DNA from: Callorhinchus milii
Taxonomy: Eukaryota
DNA: 64,000 nt
Assembly (NCBI RefSeq): GCF_018977255.1
Contig: NW_024704743.1
Span: 5,830,001-5,894,000, forward strand
Direction: 5' to 3'
A program made the translations under genes and the position numbers. A model generated the notes under the pieces. It was given only the letters and a program-made list of their open reading frames with translations. It was not told the origin of the DNA and searched no databases. This document shows, piece by piece, positions 24,656-36,712 of this stretch (position 1 is the stretch's first letter; every line of letters starts with the position of its first letter).

Positions 24656-25677
24656 TTATCCTGAGTGAGACCAGTTATTTATTAAACCTGTGACCTTCCC
24701 AGTCTGTGTGGTTCAGCTACTCACTACATAATCTCACCGAACCATCAGAACAAACAAAGAACAAAAGAGCCAAGTGCCTTCTGAACATTGTTAAAAAGTT
24801 ATTAAAGTTACAGCTAACGCAAAGCTAGGAAAGTTTACTAACAATTTTCAGCACTGCATAATTTTGTTAGTGGTTCAAAAGGGAATTGAGTGAAGCTTCA
24901 CAGGGAATTGAGTAGCAGTGAGTGTTTGCATAGTTATGTTGTTGTATGTACAAATTGTACAAATGTATTCCACAGCTAAATGTTTCATACAAGTTCTTGC
25001 AGGTACTAGTCCTGTCCGCTGTTTGTTATTCTACATTTTGAGTTTGATGTGCGGTTGAGTTACCTGGAGTGGTTTTTGAAGTGGGATTTTTTTTCAGGCT
25101 GTTATGAAAACACACAGATACGTTTAGATTCCCCATATTCTTTTGTGGTTCATAATCTTCGATGCCCATATTTTTTCTGAATATTATTTCAGGGGGAAAA
25201 CAATTAAATTGTGAGCCTCTGTGGTTCTTTGCTTTGTCAGTTGGCTACTCCTGAGTGTGTCACTCTCAGTTAGCGAGAAAAAAGGGAAAATACATGAAAG
25301 AGTATATGTTGCAAAGTTAGTGGAGCGAACCTAGTAAACAGATAGTGCTTATAGAGGACCAGCGATGGCATGATGGGCAGAATGACATTCTGTGCTGAAA
25401 AACTTGGGCATTCTGTACTTAGTTTCAGCCTATCCATCAATTATGGAGTGGCTCTCAATGAGGTGGCGATCCAATCCAGCACCCAAGCCATTGATATTGT
25501 CATCTTTTCCGAGAACAAGGGATGTAAAGCCTGCCAGGCGATGTTCTCCAAGCCATGCGGCTTTTGCTGGTTAAACTCCTGCTGTACCCCAGTGCACACG
25601 CTCGGGTCCCCCAGCCTTGGCTCTTGCCCACTTGCGCCTAATACTCTCTGAAGTTAGGTAAGCAGGGTGCAACCCAG

Positions 25678-25705
25678 GAGAGAGAGAGAGAGGAGAGAGA
25701 GAGAG
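25678..25705. repeat. (GA)n microsatellite inside a family X copy
   Basis: Direct reading. Confidence 0.9.
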
Positions 25706-25927
25706 TGCATTCTATTCCCAGGGAAATTTCCATGTAAATGGCATACATATGTGAAACTCTGTTTGGTTTGGATACTCTTAAGCATGGTGATGAGTTTCTG
25801 CATGTGTCAGACACTTGGCGAAACAAAAAAAATAATGGCAACATGAGGCATCCAGGAGGGGGAAAATACCTTATGCAACTAGACTGTTTAAAAATATAAA
25901 CATTGTGTTCTCCAAATCTTTTTACAG

Positions 25928-26021
25928 AGTCTAGGGGTAGAGACTCTTCCATCTCCAACTCCTTCGAGTTCCAGTCAGAACACGGATTTCCAATTCTCGT
26001 TTGGCTTTTCAGACGTGAAAG
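25928..26021 (+). CDS. APBB1IP: APBB1IP coding exon 2 (SLGVETLPSPTPSSSSQNTDFQFSFGFSDVK)
   Basis: ttttacag|AGT, G|gtaaga; phase 0 to 1; aligns with human SLGVDTLPPP...EFNYSVGFKDLN. Confidence 0.93.
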
Positions 26022-27112
26022 GTAAGAAAACCTGACAGGAGCGCTGGATGTACTTATTAGAAAATGTTTGCACAGGGAAGGAAGCAGCATTGACATTTAT
26101 ATGAAACAGAAGCTTGCAGCAAGCAAAATACAAGGTCTCTTTCCCTCACTGGTTTGAATTTCCCGAATCATTTTCTGATGATCTTGCGTTGCAATGAAAA
26201 CGTATTCAAAGTTTAGTGTGTGCACCCCAAGAACACACCTGCTGGGGTGAAGTAGCGGCAACATTGGTTTACCTGAAATATTCTGAAATGTAAACTCCTC
26301 GGATTGCACTTTTAGCAATATGATAATTACCACCAGTGACAATGATCACTTCCATACCTTACTTTTCAACAACAACAACTTGCATTTATATAGTGCCTTC
26401 ACCTGGGGTAGCACTTGAGAGTGAAGGAGTCTGACACCGAGCCAACAGGAGAGGCAGGTAAGCAATTCAGTTAGGTAGGAAACTACAATAGAATTAAATG
26501 GTTTCAAAACGAGTGAGAGGATCTTGAACTCGATCCGTTCGGTTCAGTAGAGCCTGGCAAGGACTGGTGTGATGGGCGTATGGAGTTTTGTGCCGGTGAA
26601 TATCCAGGTGACAGAGTTTTGAATTTGTTGAGTTTTGTGTACGGTGGAGCTGGGGAGACCAGCGAGGAGTGTATTGGAATAATCCAGCCGGTAAGTGACG
26701 AAGGCGTGGATGAAAGTTTCTGCTGCTTGGTTGTGAGGTATGGACACAGGCGGGTAATGTGTCACCATAATAATAAAAATCATCATCATCCTACATTTGA
26801 TATATTTCGGGGATGCCTCAAAGCACTTCACAGTATATACTGTCATTGTGTGTTCTGTGGGCAAAAACAAAGGCCAATTTGAGCACAGCAATGTCCCACA
26901 AACAGCCATGAAGTGAATGACCAATTTTATTTGGAGGATTGTTGGGAGTACTCTGGGAGAAGCTCTCTTCTCTTCTTTCAAATAATGCCTTGGGGCCTTT
27001 AACACCCACTTGAACAGACAGACAAGACCTCAGTTTAACATCTAACCCGAAGGATGCCACTCTTCCCTCCCCCACTACCGTATTGCATTTGAGTGTCAGT
27101 GTCAGTCTAGAT

Positions 27113-27595
27113 CAGTACCAGCCAAATTGTTTGGATCTGGAATGCATTGCCTGAAAGGGTGGTGGAAGACGATTTAATACCAGCTATTACGAGAGAAGTA
27201 GATAATTATTTGGTGCGGACAAGCAGTGTTATGGAGAGAGAGCAGGGGATTGATTTGGATAGCTCTTTCCAAAGGGCCAGCACAGACATGATGGGCCGAA
27301 TGGCCTCCTTTTGTGCCGTATAATTCTATGATTCTAAATTACTGCTCGCGGGCCAGAAGTAGCCCACAGGGCCGATAAAAGCACCCCCGCCCCAATCCCC
27401 TCCCCCCCCTGCACCCGCCCCTGTCCACCACCACCACACTAGCCTTCACATTAATCCAGGCAAGTCTATGTTCGATCGGTAGTTTGTTTCCAGGTTTTTC
27501 TTGATTGAATATTTCTTGATTTATGGTATAACTCAAAAAATATTCAATCAAGAAAATGTATTTTGTTGGCTGACTATAAAGATTGCCCACAGCTG
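27113..27595. mobile_element. hAT (Charlie-like) MITE, interrupted by CR1
   Basis: CAG..GCCAA / TTGCCCACAGCTG termini, gcgggcc..gccc subterminal motif, degenerate 8-bp TSD gtctagat/gccgagac. Confidence 0.65.
27129..27335 (+). mobile_element. CR1 3' end with (ATTCTATG) tail, inserted in a hAT MITE
   Basis: tggaatgcattgcctgaaagggtggtgg...gggccgaatggcctcct...ttctatgattct; AAATT direct repeats flank it. Confidence 0.85.
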
Positions 27596-27819
27596 GCCGA
27601 GACAAGATAAGTTCCAAGTCCTGATGTGAGGCTTGAACCTACAACCTTCTAACTCAGGAGCAACAGTGCTACCGACTGAGCCAGACGAATCCTGCCATGT
27701 TGCCCTAACTATCCTGCCTTCACGTGAAACATCAAATCAAGGTCCACTCTTCTCATTTTGCTTATTTGGGTTTCCACCTGCCCTCATTCTTACATCTTTC
27801 TCCTCTTTCTCTCTGCTAG

Positions 27820-28106
27820 AGTCTCTCAATTCATTGGAAGACACGGACTTTGATGCCTTAATGGCAGATTTAATGGCGGACATTGACCAGACTGAGGAAA
27901 TCTGTAACGCAAAAGCAACAAGCGCTGCATCGCAAACCCTTGCAGCTCCAGAGCCTCAGAGGACCTCTGATATGTCATGCTTCCCTGCACAACCAGTGCA
28001 TAACCAGAGACCTCCTGAAATCCTAAAGAAGTGTGCAAACCCTCCCGCTTTAGCCTGTCTGGAATTCCCACCACCACCTACTGAACCTCCGGAACCACTG
28101 ACAGAG
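27820..28106 (+). CDS. APBB1IP: APBB1IP coding exon 3 (ESLNSLEDTDFDALMADLMADI...EFPPPPTEPPEPLTE)
   Basis: Long polypyrimidine tract + ctag|AG, GAG|gtaagg; inside ORF 27633-28214; phase 1 to 0. Confidence 0.95.
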
Positions 28107-30856
28107 GTAAGGGTTCATTTTCCACAAGTTATCAAGCTTAACATTCTGCAGACACTCACTGCCTCAGCTCATGTAGAGAATGGTTGCTGGTGGAACCCGT
28201 GGAACCAAGCGTAACTTAGTACCTTTGAACGAGCAGGGGCAAGGAGAAAAGGAGAGAAAACAGGAGGGAAGAAAAAACAGGAAAGTATCAAGTGCCAGCG
28301 GGTAGAAACTTGCCATATTAAGCATTCATTAAGTGTGGACATTTTTGCTGACTTTTATCTTAAATTGGTGGCTGCCCGCTAATTTCCTGTAATAGTGCCC
28401 TGGATGCGCGTGTAGTATATTTCCTACAAGAAGATGTTTATTTGAACAACAATTGAAACTTCTGGAAGCGGACAATTCTACATGTCGTCTATGGGCTCCC
28501 AAAGGAAGTTGGCAATGGTTATCGATGCCCTGTCGAAGCAAGTCACCTTAAACAACTTTAAAAGCCTTGAGAAACCGAACGACAGAAGAAAATTAACAGA
28601 TCACTTGTGTTGCTGCTACAAATCTGTTATTTTTAAACTTTCAACAAAGCAGAAGCCTCGCTTTGTCATTAAAAAAAGGCCTAATTTGGTTACCCCTAAC
28701 TGTAAAGTTTGGTTGATAACTATTACTGAACTTGCTAATGTAGCTGCTGAAATAGAAAAACCTACTATTTCTAACTTTGTGTCTATGAGAACCTATCAAG
28801 TTGTCCAATGTCTCAAAGCACTTCATAGGATGTACTGTAAAGTGGATTGACTGTGTGTTCGCCTACAAAATACATATTCAATCCACTTTATACTGTATCC
28901 TGTGAAGCCCTTTGAGCTGGCTAGATACGACATGATAAGGCGCTTATCATGGATAAAATCCAAGGATTATTATTATTTATTGTTCTACCTTTACCTGTGT
29001 TTTTGGTATTCAAAAAGGGGAAATGTAAATATGAAAATTGAAATGTGGCCTTCTGGCTCAGTTGGTAGCACTATCTACATCCTATCTGCCTGTTCAGGAG
29101 GATGTTAATGATTCCTTGGCATTATTTGAAAAAAGAAGGGGGATTCTCTTGATATCCTAGCCAAAAATTCCCCAAATAAAATTGGGCACTAAACAACAAC
29201 AAGATTCCAGTTATAGAGCGCCTTTCACGTCGGGAGGACGTCCCAAGGCGCTGGACAGTTGGGTCACTCACTTCATGGCTGTTTGTGGGACATAGCTGTG
29301 AGCAAATTGGCTACTGCTTTCACTTACAAATGCAGTTACTGCACTTTACAGTATCTCCTGTGAAATATTTTGAGACATTCTCCTTAACACGAATGACCTT
29401 ATTCCAAACGCAGGAATTATTATTACATGTGATGTTTTCATTAACGTAGATGGTGCTAATTAACTTATGCGTTGGAAAGGTAACCTGTTGATGATTAACA
29501 TATCGATGGTTCCTAGTGGAGGTAAAAATAGATATCTCCCTCTGACACCTTTTTCAATGGCTGTGCCCAGAAGCTGACTACAGTGAACTTATTATACATT
29601 GTGGCACGAGACTGGCAGTAAGCAGAATTACAGCATAACGTTGATTTAACCTTGTCTTCAACCACGCCTTTGGTCACCCTCCTACCCCTACCTTCCCTGC
29701 CCGCCACCCCTCCTGATCCCAACCCCCAGCTCGGGTCCAAATCCCTGTCTGTCCAACGTTTTGGGACATCCTCTCGACATGAAAGGTGCTATACAAGTGT
29801 AATTTATTGTTGTCATGCTTATCCCACGGTCTCCATCTTGTCTCCATGAACGGCTTCTCCTCCAGCCCCCCGCATAGGCCAAGTAAGGTGGTAAAAGCAG
29901 AGTTCATTGTGGGTGTCAAGAGGTAAGTAGACAGATCTATGGAAGATAGAGGATTGAAAGGGGTTGGGGGATAAGGCAGAGAAGTAAGATTGAATATCCA
30001 CCTTGTTCTGAGGGACGGTGCAGACCCAATGGGTCAGTAAATATTTCCTTTGGGGGATGAAGAGATAGTGACTGTGCTGAATTGTGTGTGTCTGTGTGGT
30101 GGTGGTGGTGGAAATTGAGTTGTTAACATTGACAGAGATTAAAATTGTTCAGTTTCCTGGCACTGATGGAGGCCACTGAGCTCCAGGAAACTGGACTGCC
30201 GCAGGCAGTCAAAGTTGCAGCACCTTGATGACTGGTTGACAATTGTATCTATGTCAACGTTAACTTAACTCCCACCCATTCCAAACCACCATCACCACCC
30301 ACACGCACTATCCAATCACTTTCTCCTCCTCCCCCAAAATAAACTTTTAAAACTAAATCAATAGGGAGACTATTAAATGGCACATTTACAAAAGTAATGG
30401 TAATTCTCTGTAGTTGTGTTTTTGTCAAATAAGAGAGTCCAGATGGTGACAATCACTTTTGAGCTGTTGTTTGGTCTCCAAAGTGAAGCTTTGCTGGAGA
30501 ATTGTTTTTCTCAGACAATTTTCAAAGATGTGACTCTCAATATCTTTTCACCCACAAATATATGGTCAATTCACTTTACAGCATATTCTCTGAATCACTT
30601 TGTGACGTCTAGAAGACATGGAAAGTGCTATATCAAATGCAAGGATTGTTATTATTATTATTATCATCTGACCAGTGGTTGGATTGGAGGTTGAGGGACA
30701 TTGCCAGTCACAGGGTAGAAGCATATTTTATATTTAGAATTGCACATTGACCTCCTCGTTCACCTACGAAGAACACAATAAAATCCTGTGAAGTACTTTG
30801 AGGCATCTCAATGACATGATAAGGCACTGTAGAAAATGCAAGAATTATTGTTTTAG

Positions 30857-31177
30857 TGGAGTCCTGTAGCTCAGTGGTTAGAGCACTCGCTTTGCAAGCG
30901 AGAGACCTGAGTTCAATTCCAGGCAGAGGGCGAAACCTTGGGCAAGTTTCCTTACTCCACACAGAGCCTAATAATAATCCCTCCAAAACCAAAAACAATA
31001 ATAAATTGGTCATTTTCAATCTACGACTGTTTGTGGGACATTGCTGTGCGCAATTGGCTGCCACGTTCGCCCACAAATATACAGTCAATTCACTTTACAG
31101 TGTGTTCTGTGAAGCGCTTTGGGACGTCCTCCCGACGTGAAAAGCGCTATATCAAATGCAAGGATTATTATTATTAT
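30857..31177 (+). mobile_element. tRNA-Ala-like SINE, short young subfamily (near-identical to 5568-5898)
   Basis: Direct comparison: about 6 substitutions over ~430 bp including shared upstream flank. Confidence 0.92.
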
Positions 31178-31231
31178 AGAGTGAGTTGACTGTACATTTT
31201 GTTGGTGAAACGTAGCAGTCAATAGGGCACA

Positions 31232-32760
31232 GTGAGAGGACCCAGGTTCGATTCTGGGCGGAGCGAAACCTTAGGCAAGTTTTCTTACTCCACACGCCTC
31301 TGTTTACTTAGCAGTAAGTAGGAACCCGATTGCTAGTTGGATCGCTAACCGGGGTAATAATTTCTTCAAAACAAATAATAATAATAATTTAGCCACTCAA
31401 TCCATGACTGTTTGTGGGACGCTGCTGTGCGCAATTGGCTGCTGCGTTTCACCCACAAAATATATAGTCAATACACTTTACAGTATATATCTATGAGGCA
31501 CTTTGAAATGTCTCAACAACGTGATAAGGGCCGATATCAAATGCAAAGATTATGATTATTATTGTGTGTTCAGTTGGGAAATACTTGAAGGGATATCAAT
31601 CCCATTTAAAAATCATTCTGACCACTATTTATTGATTGATTAGGAACATAAGAACAGGAAGAGACTATTCCTCTTCATTGAGTAACTCAACCATGGAGTC
31701 CTATAGCACAGTGGTTAGGGGATTTGCCTCGCAAGCGAGAGACCTGGGTTTGATTCCTGGCAGGGCGAATCTTTGGGCAAGTTTCCTTACTCTACACGCT
31801 TGATAATAATCCCTCAAGAAAAAAATAAGAATTTGATCACACAATCCATGACTGTTTGTGGGACATTGCTGTGCGCAATTGGCTGCCAAGTTTCGCCCAC
31901 AAAATATACAGTCAATTCACTTTACAGTATATTCTGTGAAGCGCTTTGAGACGTCTCGAAGACATGAAAAGTGCTATATCAAATGCCAGGATTATTATTA
32001 TTTTATTAGATTCTTTGAATCCCTATTTAAAAGATCTTCCTCTTTAAATAGTTAAGACTTCAACTTGAATAACTAATGCAAAATGCTTTCCAATTGAAGT
32101 GCAAAATAAACAAAGTGGAAGTGAACGTATAATTCTCATAGCATATAATGGCGTACAGTTTCGCTCTACGAACTGAGACATCCTTTGTATGTGGTGCTTA
32201 TGTGGTGCAATGCTAAATAATGGTAAATTTAGATAAATAAGTAGACCTTTGACCACATATCACATTAACACACTGATGATGCATTCGTTGTTGTATTCTA
32301 TCAGGTAAGATTTGGTGTCCCACATGGTGATTGTCCAATCCTTCTATCATGTAAATGTTCAGAAGGCAACTGTAAAAAAAAAGGTTGAAATCAAATCTAA
32401 TAACAAGGAAATGTAGAACTGCAGGGCACATTGCCATGTTATGCTTTGGTTGTTTGACTGACGGATGGTGAGTGTGAGGACAATGTGAGGCTGTGGAGTA
32501 CGACGGGGTTAAAGCCCTGAGCTAGATTTTTGGTAGTCAGTGATAATAATTATAATAATAATAATAATCCTTGCATTTGATATTGCGCCTTATCACGTCT
32601 TCGAGACATCTCAAAGCGCTTCACAGGATATGCTGTAAAGAGTGACTGTATATTTTGTGGGCAAAACACGACAGCCAATTGCGCACAGCAGTGTCCCAAA
32701 TACAGTCGCGGACCGAGCGACCACATTACTATTATTATTTATTTTTTTGAAGGGATTACT
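31232..32760. mobile_element. Cluster of tRNA-Ala-like SINEs: 31232-31563 (+), 31694-32007 (+), 32542-32760 (-)
   Basis: Homology to 30857-31177. Confidence 0.85.
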
Positions 32761-33879
32761 GGGGGCGAGTGGGGCCGGAGTTTGTGTGTGTGTTTTTTTG
32801 TTGTGTCTTATTAAGAATTTCCTGAAGACCTGAAATGCGATCTTGTGTTGTGTGTTGTTCTGTGCATGTGAGAGAGGGAGGGGGGTGGGGGGGATAGGTT
32901 CAGACTCGTGGATTTGACGCTAACTTGCGAACATGTTCTCTGGGCAGCTCTCCTCATCTCCAACTGTGTCAGTGTCTTCTGGATCCTTCTTGTGTCATCT
33001 GTATCCACGAGCACAATTGGGCTCGTGAACTTAGGATCTAATATCAAAGAAGATGGCAAGATCACAAGATTAGTATGGAAGAAGTAAGCCCTTCAGCCCA
33101 TCTGATCTCATCCTCCCAGAATACCCAACCTACCATCCTCCCATCAAGCTACTTTATAAACAAATCCAGTGCCCTGGCCTCAGCCTTCTTTCCTGACAAC
33201 CCATTGCAATGATTAAATACCTTCTGAGTAAAGAAACACTTCCTGGTGTCTGTCCTGAGATTGTCCTTTGCTTCTCTAAACTCATGACCTTTACTGCCTT
33301 GGTGCATCCTACACAATTGATTTTATTTTTCAATCCCATGTTATACACTTCTATGAGGTCCCCTCTGAGACATCTTCACTGAAGAGCTTGCTTAATCGTT
33401 GCTTATAGCTCATTCTTAAGGTATCGTTTTGCCCACAAAATGCACAGGCAATTCACTTTACAGTATATTCTGTGAAGTGCTTTGGGATGTCTCGAAGACG
33501 TGATAAGGCTCTTTATCAAATGTAAGGATTATTATTATTATCGTTATCAAAAAATTTTTTTGGAGTGTAGCAAGATTTAAACCAGGAAAGGAAGAGCTTT
33601 GCCCCTTCTTGGCAAATCAATGCCAAAAATTCAATATTCCACAAACAAATAACCTGGAGACCATGCTGTGTCATGGAGTCACTCCGCCTCGCCCCCCCCC
33701 CCTTAGCCTCCTTCGAGTCCCGCCTCAAGACCCTTCTCTTCGACCATGCCATTGGTCACCCCCCTTTTCCTCCCCTCCCTTCTCCCTCCCTGACCCCAGC
33801 TTGGTTCTGAAATGCTGTACACTGTCCAGTGGGACGTCCTCCTGACGTGAAAGGCGCTACACAAATGTAATCTTGTTGT

Positions 33880-34257
33880 TGTCCTGTAGCTTAATGGTTA
33901 GAACACTCGCCTCGCAAGCGAGAGGACCTGGGTTCGATTCCCATGTGGGGCGAAACATTGGGCAAATTTCCTTACTCTACTCACACGCCTGTTTACCTAG
34001 CAGTTTGTAGGAACCCAGTTGTTAGTGAATTAGAAGTTCACTTTTCCGGGGGTATTAATCCCTTCAAAAAAATGTTTACAAAAATAATTATTTGGTCACT
34101 CAATCCACAACTGTTTGTGGGACGCCGCTGTGTGCAACTGGCTGCTGCGTTTCACCCACAAAAATACAGTCAATTGACTTTACAGTATTTTCGGTGAAGC
34201 GCTTTCAAGTCTCAAAGACATAAGATAAGGTTCTTTAACAAAAGCAAAGATTATTAC
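33880..34257 (+). mobile_element. tRNA-Ala-like SINE, long form, abutting an L2 (TTG)n tail
   Basis: gtcctgtagcttaatggttagaacactcgcctcgcaagcgag..ggttcgattcc; CORE-like middle; tail. Confidence 0.88.
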
Positions 34258-34925
34258 AGTTTACAAAACAATCAAAGTTAAAACAAATTAGCGGGTACTG
34301 GGATCTGAAAAGAAAGAGACCAGTTATTTGGAAGAATGTGCTGTCACTCAGTGGAAAATAGTTTGAATGAACAGCTTGCTACGAGAGCAAGTGCAGACTC
34401 AATGGGCTGAATGGCTTTATTCTATGCTGTAAATTTCTATGATTCAGTGTTAGTTAAGGAACAGTACACTTTTACCCCTATATGTCCGAATGAAAAATAC
34501 CGCCATAATTATCATTGAAAGCTTAACAAGTGGCCGTTGCATGTAGTCTGAATTTAACAGTCAAGTGATTGACTGCCCTGGATTATATTCAAATGGAATG
34601 TGTCCCAGCCACAGTCAGGCCCAAGTATCCTTTGATCACACGAAGCACTGACAGAACGATTGACGGGCAACTGCTGGGCCTTGGGCCTATCTTTCATCTG
34701 TCTCGGAGGAGGGCTGGAGAGGAAGGAATCCCTGCCTCTGTGTATCAAGCTGCAATTCCTCAATGAACTTTGCACAAAAAAAGGCAGATCCCAAGTAAAT
34801 ACAGATGTCAAGATTGAAAATCTGTACAACAACTCATTTTAAATTGGAAAGTTAATCCTATCTATAATGGTGATAGAGGAGAAAGCTTTCTGGGACTGCG
34901 GGGACGTGACATTTTGCAGATTCTT

Positions 34926-35320
34926 TTAAGAACATAAGAATTAGGAGCTGGAGTAGGCCATTCGGCCCCTCGAGCCTACCCCGCCATTCGATAAGATCAT
35001 GGTTAATCTTCAGACCTAACTCTAATTACCTATCCCCATATCCCCTAACCCCTCTATTTTTTAAAAATCTATCAGTCTCAGCCTTGAAGATGTTCAAGGA
35101 CTGAGCACCTACAGCCTTCTGGGGTAGTGAATTCCATAAATTCACTGCACTCTGCGTGAAGAAATGTTTCCTCAACTCTGTTCTAAAAGGCTGACCCTTA
35201 ATTTTAAGACTGTGACCCCTGGTTATAGATTCTCCTACCAGGGGAAACAGACCCTCAGTGTCTACTTTATCCAGCCCTTTAAGAATCTTATATGTTTCAA
35301 TAGGATCTCCCCTAATTCTT
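34926..35320 (-). mobile_element. CR1 3' fragment, same family as 7190-7690
   Basis: aagaacataagaattaggagc tail and colinear similarity to 7200-7590. Confidence 0.85.
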
Positions 35321-36634
35321 CTGTTTTGTTTTGTTCATCCTCTCTCTTTCGTTGGGTAATAAAATGTTCCAGCACTGAGAGTGATTTAAAACACTGACCG
35401 AGAGGATGGATGGGTTAGCTTGGATTTTCAAGGTCTGTGGAGGAGTGAGCTCCCTGAGTTGAAAGACTTTCTTGAAGTGACGGTGATTGTTCTGTACCAT
35501 CACAGAGTGCCATCACTGTGTGCCAGCCTTCTGTATTATCACACTCTTTGCCAGTTCTCTGGACTGTGTGCCATTATGGAATGGCATCAACACCATTTAG
35601 TGCCACCAATAGCTTCCAATTAATCCTGACTCGCCTACATGGCAGACTCGTATCTCGACCCATCATCCGTTGGATAGAGGGGGGTGTTGAACAGAGGTCT
35701 GAAGTTGTCGAATTGAGCAGCTAGCTACAAAACAGAATCCATAGCAACAGGCAGCCCTGATAAGATCCAGCAATAGATGATACCTGCCTTAGCATCCGAG
35801 GCCTGATCAGGTGGACGTTAAAGATCCCATGGCAGAATCTCAAAAGAGAAGGAAGTTTCTCTCAGTGTCCTGGTCATCAAGCCTCCAGATAAAATCGTTC
35901 ACTCACTTCATGGCTCTTTGTGAAACAATGCTGTGTGCAAATTGGCTGTCGCGTCTGTCTACAAATACACAGTCACTACGTTTTACAAACAAATTTTGAA
36001 GTGCTTTGAGACATTCCTAATGCTACATCAAATCAAGGAATATTATTATTATTATACCTGAAAATAAATAATATTGCTACAGTATAGAACTATCTTTTTG
36101 ATTACACTTTCAGTCATCTTTCCGTCCCCCTTCTCAGCTGTCCCCGATCCCCTCCAGCTTGGATGTCTGCTGAGTTGTGTTGAAAGACTTTCCCGATGCA
36201 GAAAGCGCTACACAAATGTGAATTGATGTTATAGAGGAAAATAATTTCCTTTCATTAAACAAAACAATTGCTCTGTGCTCTTTTGTATTCCTATGGTATG
36301 GTGGTTGAAGCCAGGACACTGGACTCATTTAAAAAGCAGCTTGATGCCATGATACAGGAATGGTAGGGTAAGTTTTTTTTTCGAGGGATGAAATCAGATG
36401 GGCCAAAGGGCCTTACACACCCAAACCAATCTTGTGATCCACCCGTTGGCTGAGCTAACGGGAATTATTCTCTACCTATCTCTAAATGTTGAAGGTTCAT
36501 GGCCAGAGATGGCTTTACAGGGAGGGAAAAGGATGTCATAGTCTCAAAATAAAAAGATAACCTGTTGCTTTAATAACTGTAACCAGCTTTGAATTTGCTG
36601 ATGTCTCTCAATTCTCATGAACTTGTTCCTTTAG

Positions 36635-36712
36635 GAAGAGAAAGAGGCCAGAGCGAAAGCAGACAAGATCAAACTCGCCTTGGAAAAGCTGAAGGAAGCC
36701 AAGGTCAAAAAG
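36635..36712 (+). CDS. APBB1IP: APBB1IP coding exon 4 (EEKEARAKADKIKLALEKLKEAKVKK; coiled coil)
   Basis: ctttag|GAA, AAG|gtcagc; near-identical to the MRL-family coiled coil. Confidence 0.96.

Larger units (their letters stand above)
26790..27690 (-). mobile_element. Deu-domain SINE split by a hAT MITE (26790-27112 and 27596-27690)
   Basis: Tail and Deu core on the left, tRNA head on the right of the insertion. Confidence 0.8.

Noticed and set aside
30545..32760. Regularly recurring motifs suggesting an array
   Set aside because: Clustered SINE copies; eukaryotic context, no constant repeat-spacer period, not CRISPR
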